A stretch of 63,345 nt of DNA, counting the filler, from Asterionella formosa (taxonomy: Eukaryota), in assembly GCA_002256025.1 (NCBI GenBank). It is 27 parts of 27 records of this genome, joined end to end, with 100 filler letters (N's around TTAATTAATTAA, not from the genome) between each part and the next. Parts side by side here need not be neighbours in the genome. Positions count along the whole stretch, not along the records: positions 58,764 to 61,004 come from NKIB01000147.1; positions 61,105 to 63,345 come from NKIB01000148.1; 25 more parts are not named here. One strand, written 5' to 3'. A program made the position numbers and the translations under genes. The first letter of the stretch is position 1, and every line of letters starts with the position of its first letter. Shown in pieces: positions 59,616 to 63,345 of this stretch. The notes under the pieces were generated by a model that worked only from the letters and a program-made list of their open reading frames with translations, searched no databases and was not told where the DNA came from.

Positions 59616-61004
59616 ATGGAAGATCATGCAATCATGGTGTCAGAAGCTGTGATGGATTACATGAACAGCTTCACCGATGAATCCATCAAGAAACAACCAC
59701 CGGAGCTGATCATCACCTGTCGTCGCGAGTATTTGCAGAAAATCTTTGATCGTCTCTTGTCGAAAGCGACGTATAAGTTTTATTCGTTTTGGCGCGGTCT
59801 GATTTTGAAGTTGATCACGTCTCAATCACTTCCCTTGAGACTAACTGGTTGGGAACAGCTCAAGGATTGTATCGAGGCATGCAAAAATCACCAAAGATGT
59901 TATGCCCGGTGTTCCCGGAAAGGACCTGACACTGTTTCGTTGTACAATGCGCTCACAGCAAAAATGGTGGTTTCTATCTGAGGCAGACGAAGAGCAACTG
60001 GGAACGGATAGAGACATTGAGTATTACCAGTACAAGTCGAAGAAAGATGAGGAGTTGCAACCTCCCCCTCGCGTGGTTGGGTAACATGCCGAAATGCCGG
60101 CATTGATCCTCCACCGCAGACCAAACGCGTTGTCGAATGGCCAACGCAGCGGCCCTTCGGATTCTAATATGTTATCTTTTTGGAAACATAGGGTCGACTT
60201 CACTTCCTCTTGAGAAGACAAGTGATTTTGATTTAGATGAGGTGGGTGTCAAACTTTTAGAATCACTATCTAGTGCTGAAGGTCTTTTGCGCAATCTTAC
60301 TGCCATGGTTGTTTTTGACGAGGGAATTTCGACTTCAACAATTTCAGACTTCTTGAAGTTTCTCCGTTTCTTATTTTGGTCAACAAAAACGTCTAAAACG
60401 TTCATAGTTTTGCCTAATCGAATGGCTGAAAATTTTGTTATAACGCTTGTGCTGTGGGAAGGTGGTCCGGAGAGTGCTCGATCCAGCTCTGCAATGAGCA
60501 CGACGTCGAAGATTAGGATGAAAACACATGATTTCGTTCTTTCTATTCCGTTGCTTGCCAAGCATGCCCTGCCGTGGTTGATAAATGCTTTGGACTCCGT
60601 TGATGTGGCATCGGATACCACTTCTGAATATTTTGATGTTTGAAAAAAATTGTTTCCAACAACGAAACGAACCGGTCTGTGATTAAGGCTCTTATCTTTA
60701 AAAATTACGAGATTTTGAAGAAGAATATTATTATCAATGAGCTTCATAGTGGGAATGCAGATTTTGAAAGATATGTCGACCTATTGAAAGAATATGATCC
60801 AAGTTTGACTACACTTCGTCTCAGACGAAATTCAATTGGTGATAATGTTGCCAAGGCCATTGCAGAGGCCCTTAAGGTCAATACTGTCTTGACTACACTT
60901 CATCTCTGCAATAATTCTATTGGTGATGACGGAGCCAAGGCCATTGCAGAGGCTCTCAAGGTCAATACTGTCTTGACTGAACTTCATCTCGATAATAATT
61001 CAAT
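59616..61004 (+). pseudogene. Large gene with C-terminal RI-like 28-aa LRRs (NLRC3-like), frameshifted; 3' end off contig
   Basis: 84-bp repeats encoding LTxLxLxxNSIGDxxAKAIAEALKVNTV from about 60805. The upstream frame 60137-60643 joins by a 1-bp shift at GATGTTTGAAAAAAA. Further broken same-strand frames lie upstream. Confidence 0.7.
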
Positions 61005-62871
61005 NNNNNNNNNNNNNNNNNNNNNNNNNNNNNNNNNNNNNNNNNNNNTTAATTAATTAANNNNNNNNNNNNNNNNNNNNNNNNNNNNNNNNNNNNNNNN
61101 NNNNTCCCATATTATTGTGGGACTATAGTGTCTTCCTTGTTTTCCCCACCAGCATCACACATTTCAGAAAGAAAATACTGGAGAGTAAATTATTGTTACT
61201 CAAATACTTGAATATGGAGGATTCTCATGCTGGCAGGCTGTCTTTCAAACCAGGCTTGCTTTCAAAATTGGAAAATTGGAATTTCCCCAACTCTCCTTCA
61301 ATTGTCCCTTATCAGCATACAAGAATGGCCTCATTATTGATTGGAATGTTTATCATAGATAGCAGCTGGCATTTTTCTTTTTTTTCACTTGACATTTCAT
61401 AGTTATAAATGTTTTAATGACCATGTCTTGTTGAATTCAAAAGCAATGAAAGCGAATGAAAGTGAACAAACAAGACAAGTGAAGATATTTTCAACTTAAG
61501 GAACAATGTCATTTGTCCCATTGCTCTCTGTTCTTTAATGTACACCTAGCTTTAACATAAACTTACTTTTTTTGCTGTCAATGTGAATCCTTTGATGATG
61601 GTACAAAATTGAACGCTGTTTATTTTACACGGTTGGGGGAGAAAAACAGCACCATTGCTTCACGTAGCCTAGTTTAGTAGATGATCCACAATTCAAAACA
61701 GCAAAGTTATGAACAGTCTGCAGCACACTACACTGCAGTTATCTGTAGGTTGAACGAAATTTTGCTTGATTCTCTATTTAAGTGATATCAATTAATGGTC
61801 CATTGACATTTTCAAAATGACTATTTTGTTTGTGATTGCTGATATGACTAGAAATCTGCTGACAATGATTATTTTTAATTATTTAATTCCTTTATATAGC
61901 TAGCGCCTTTAGACTACTCTAAGTTAGTAGGGGAGCCTGCATAGCCCTTTCTGACACTGTCAGCAGCATCGCAAACTCTGGCGCTTTCATTGTCAGCACT
62001 GCTAGTTATTCTCGTTTATTCTTGTAGTTTAGCGCAACTGCTCTCGCTTTGGCGAGCTCAGCCTCAAATGCCGCTGTTATTGACGTGAAAGCGTTTTCCA
62101 CATTGTCCCTGTCGGAGTTGTTTGCATTGAGTGATTGAACTTTTTTGTTTTGCTGCAATCACTTCATTTCCTTTCATGACCTTTGAATTGGTACAGCATG
62201 TTTCAGAAGAGGTCGGATGTTTGTTTGTATCCTCGCGACCCGCTAAGAACGATTGCTTCTTCGCCATGGTATTGGTGCCGATTCTTCGATTTTTCCAAAA
62301 GATAACCCGGAAACCTTCGCAGCTACACTACCAGCGGATTCCTTGCTGCTTGTATTTAGTATTTGTGTAGTCCTTTCTATTTTTGCCTTAATACTTAGCT
62401 AAAAAGTGTGCTGACAATGCTTAGAATTTGCTGAGTATGAATAGAAACTGCTGACTACAACTAGGGTGAATTCCATGAGCAAACCGTCATCCAGTTGCTT
62501 AATACCAGCCAATACAATTACCAGTAGTAGTAGTGAACACAATTTCGATTATCATAACATGACTTGTGTTTAATGAATCATGATAATTTAACATTGAAGA
62601 AAGTTACTTTTGAGAGTTTGGAATGAAAAGCCAATCTATCTTGTCCAGGGCAGGCATGAGAAGATCCATTAGGAATGAGTCGAAGCAAACTGAAAAGGTG
62701 GGCATAAAACGTGCCCCAAAGGACCTTCCAAGTACTGGGATTCATATTAAAGGTACCAGTTAAAAACTGAAAGCCACCGCTATGACAACTTTTGACCTGC
62801 AAGCCAGCACCCCTAAATGAAGTAAAAGCAATGTACTCATGTATGAATAAAAAATATGCACTGTAAGCCAC

Positions 62872-63292
62872 TGCATCTAAGCCGCGAAATACGCCACTTT
62901 TCGAAATTTCGTCTACGTATGAGTGTTAAATATGTTGTACTTCACATGCATTAAAGCCACACTTCACGTAAAAAAGATTACTTTCAACGGTTTCATGTGA
63001 AGTTTTAACTGTTTCATGTTAAGTTTTAACTGTTTCATGTGAAGTTTTCACAAATAATTTTGATCGCGAGACTGAATTAATTGATGTTTCAAATAATTCA
63101 TTTGACTTTTCGAAATTTCGTCTACGTACGAGTGTTAATTATGTGGTACTTCACATGCATTAATGCCACTCTTCACGTAAAAAGGTTTCTTTTAACGGTT
63201 TCATGTGAAGTTTTAACGGTTTCATGTGAAGTTTTCACAATGAATTTTGAACGCGAGACTGAATTAGTTGATGTTTCAAATAATTCATTTGA
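62872..63292 (+). repeat. Two units (209 and 188 bp) of the satellite also seen at 32948, with 21-bp internal subrepeats
   Basis: Units start at 62896 and 63105. AAC(G/T)GTTTCATGTGAAGTTTT-like subrepeats occur three times in unit 1 and twice in unit 2. Confidence 0.9.
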
Positions 63293-63345
63293 AAGTTCAA
63301 CTAAGATCCTGCTCTTGAGGCTAATACATTCACAACACGCATTTT

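Overview
This window is not one locus. It is a pseudo-scaffold of 27 unrelated contigs of about 2.24-2.26 kb, roughly sorted by decreasing length and joined by 100-bp artificial linkers (N44-TTAATTAATTAA-N44). Adjacency across linkers has no biological meaning. The source is a eukaryote, most likely a diatom: it shows short GT-AG introns, a fused trpA-trpB gene with a transit-like leader, an ASAFAP-type plastid presequence, CoDi-type copia elements and a (CCCTAA)n telomere. Most contigs are transposon-derived: PIF/Harbinger, DIRS/Ngaro-like, Plavaka/CMC-like, Tc1/IS630-like, several Ty1/copia (four near-identical copies of one defective element) and a gypsy gag fragment. Host genes include tryptophan synthase, a 2OG-Fe(II) dioxygenase, a GT96/GT95-like glycosyltransferase, a Crinkler-like NTPase gene, an LRR gene and orphan proteins. 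The most notable observations are: (1) a telomere array joined directly into the reading frame of a bacterial-looking RWGDY-motif gene, with a telomeric hairpin just after its stop; (2) a copia primer-binding site that looks like the complement of a tRNA-Ile(GAU) 5' half; (3) a 92-bp tandem repeat built from three hairpins; (4) CpG-biased divergence among co-inactivated copia copies; (5) a 188-bp subterminal satellite with the same terminus at two loci. Family assignments come from motif recognition by eye; no searches were run.
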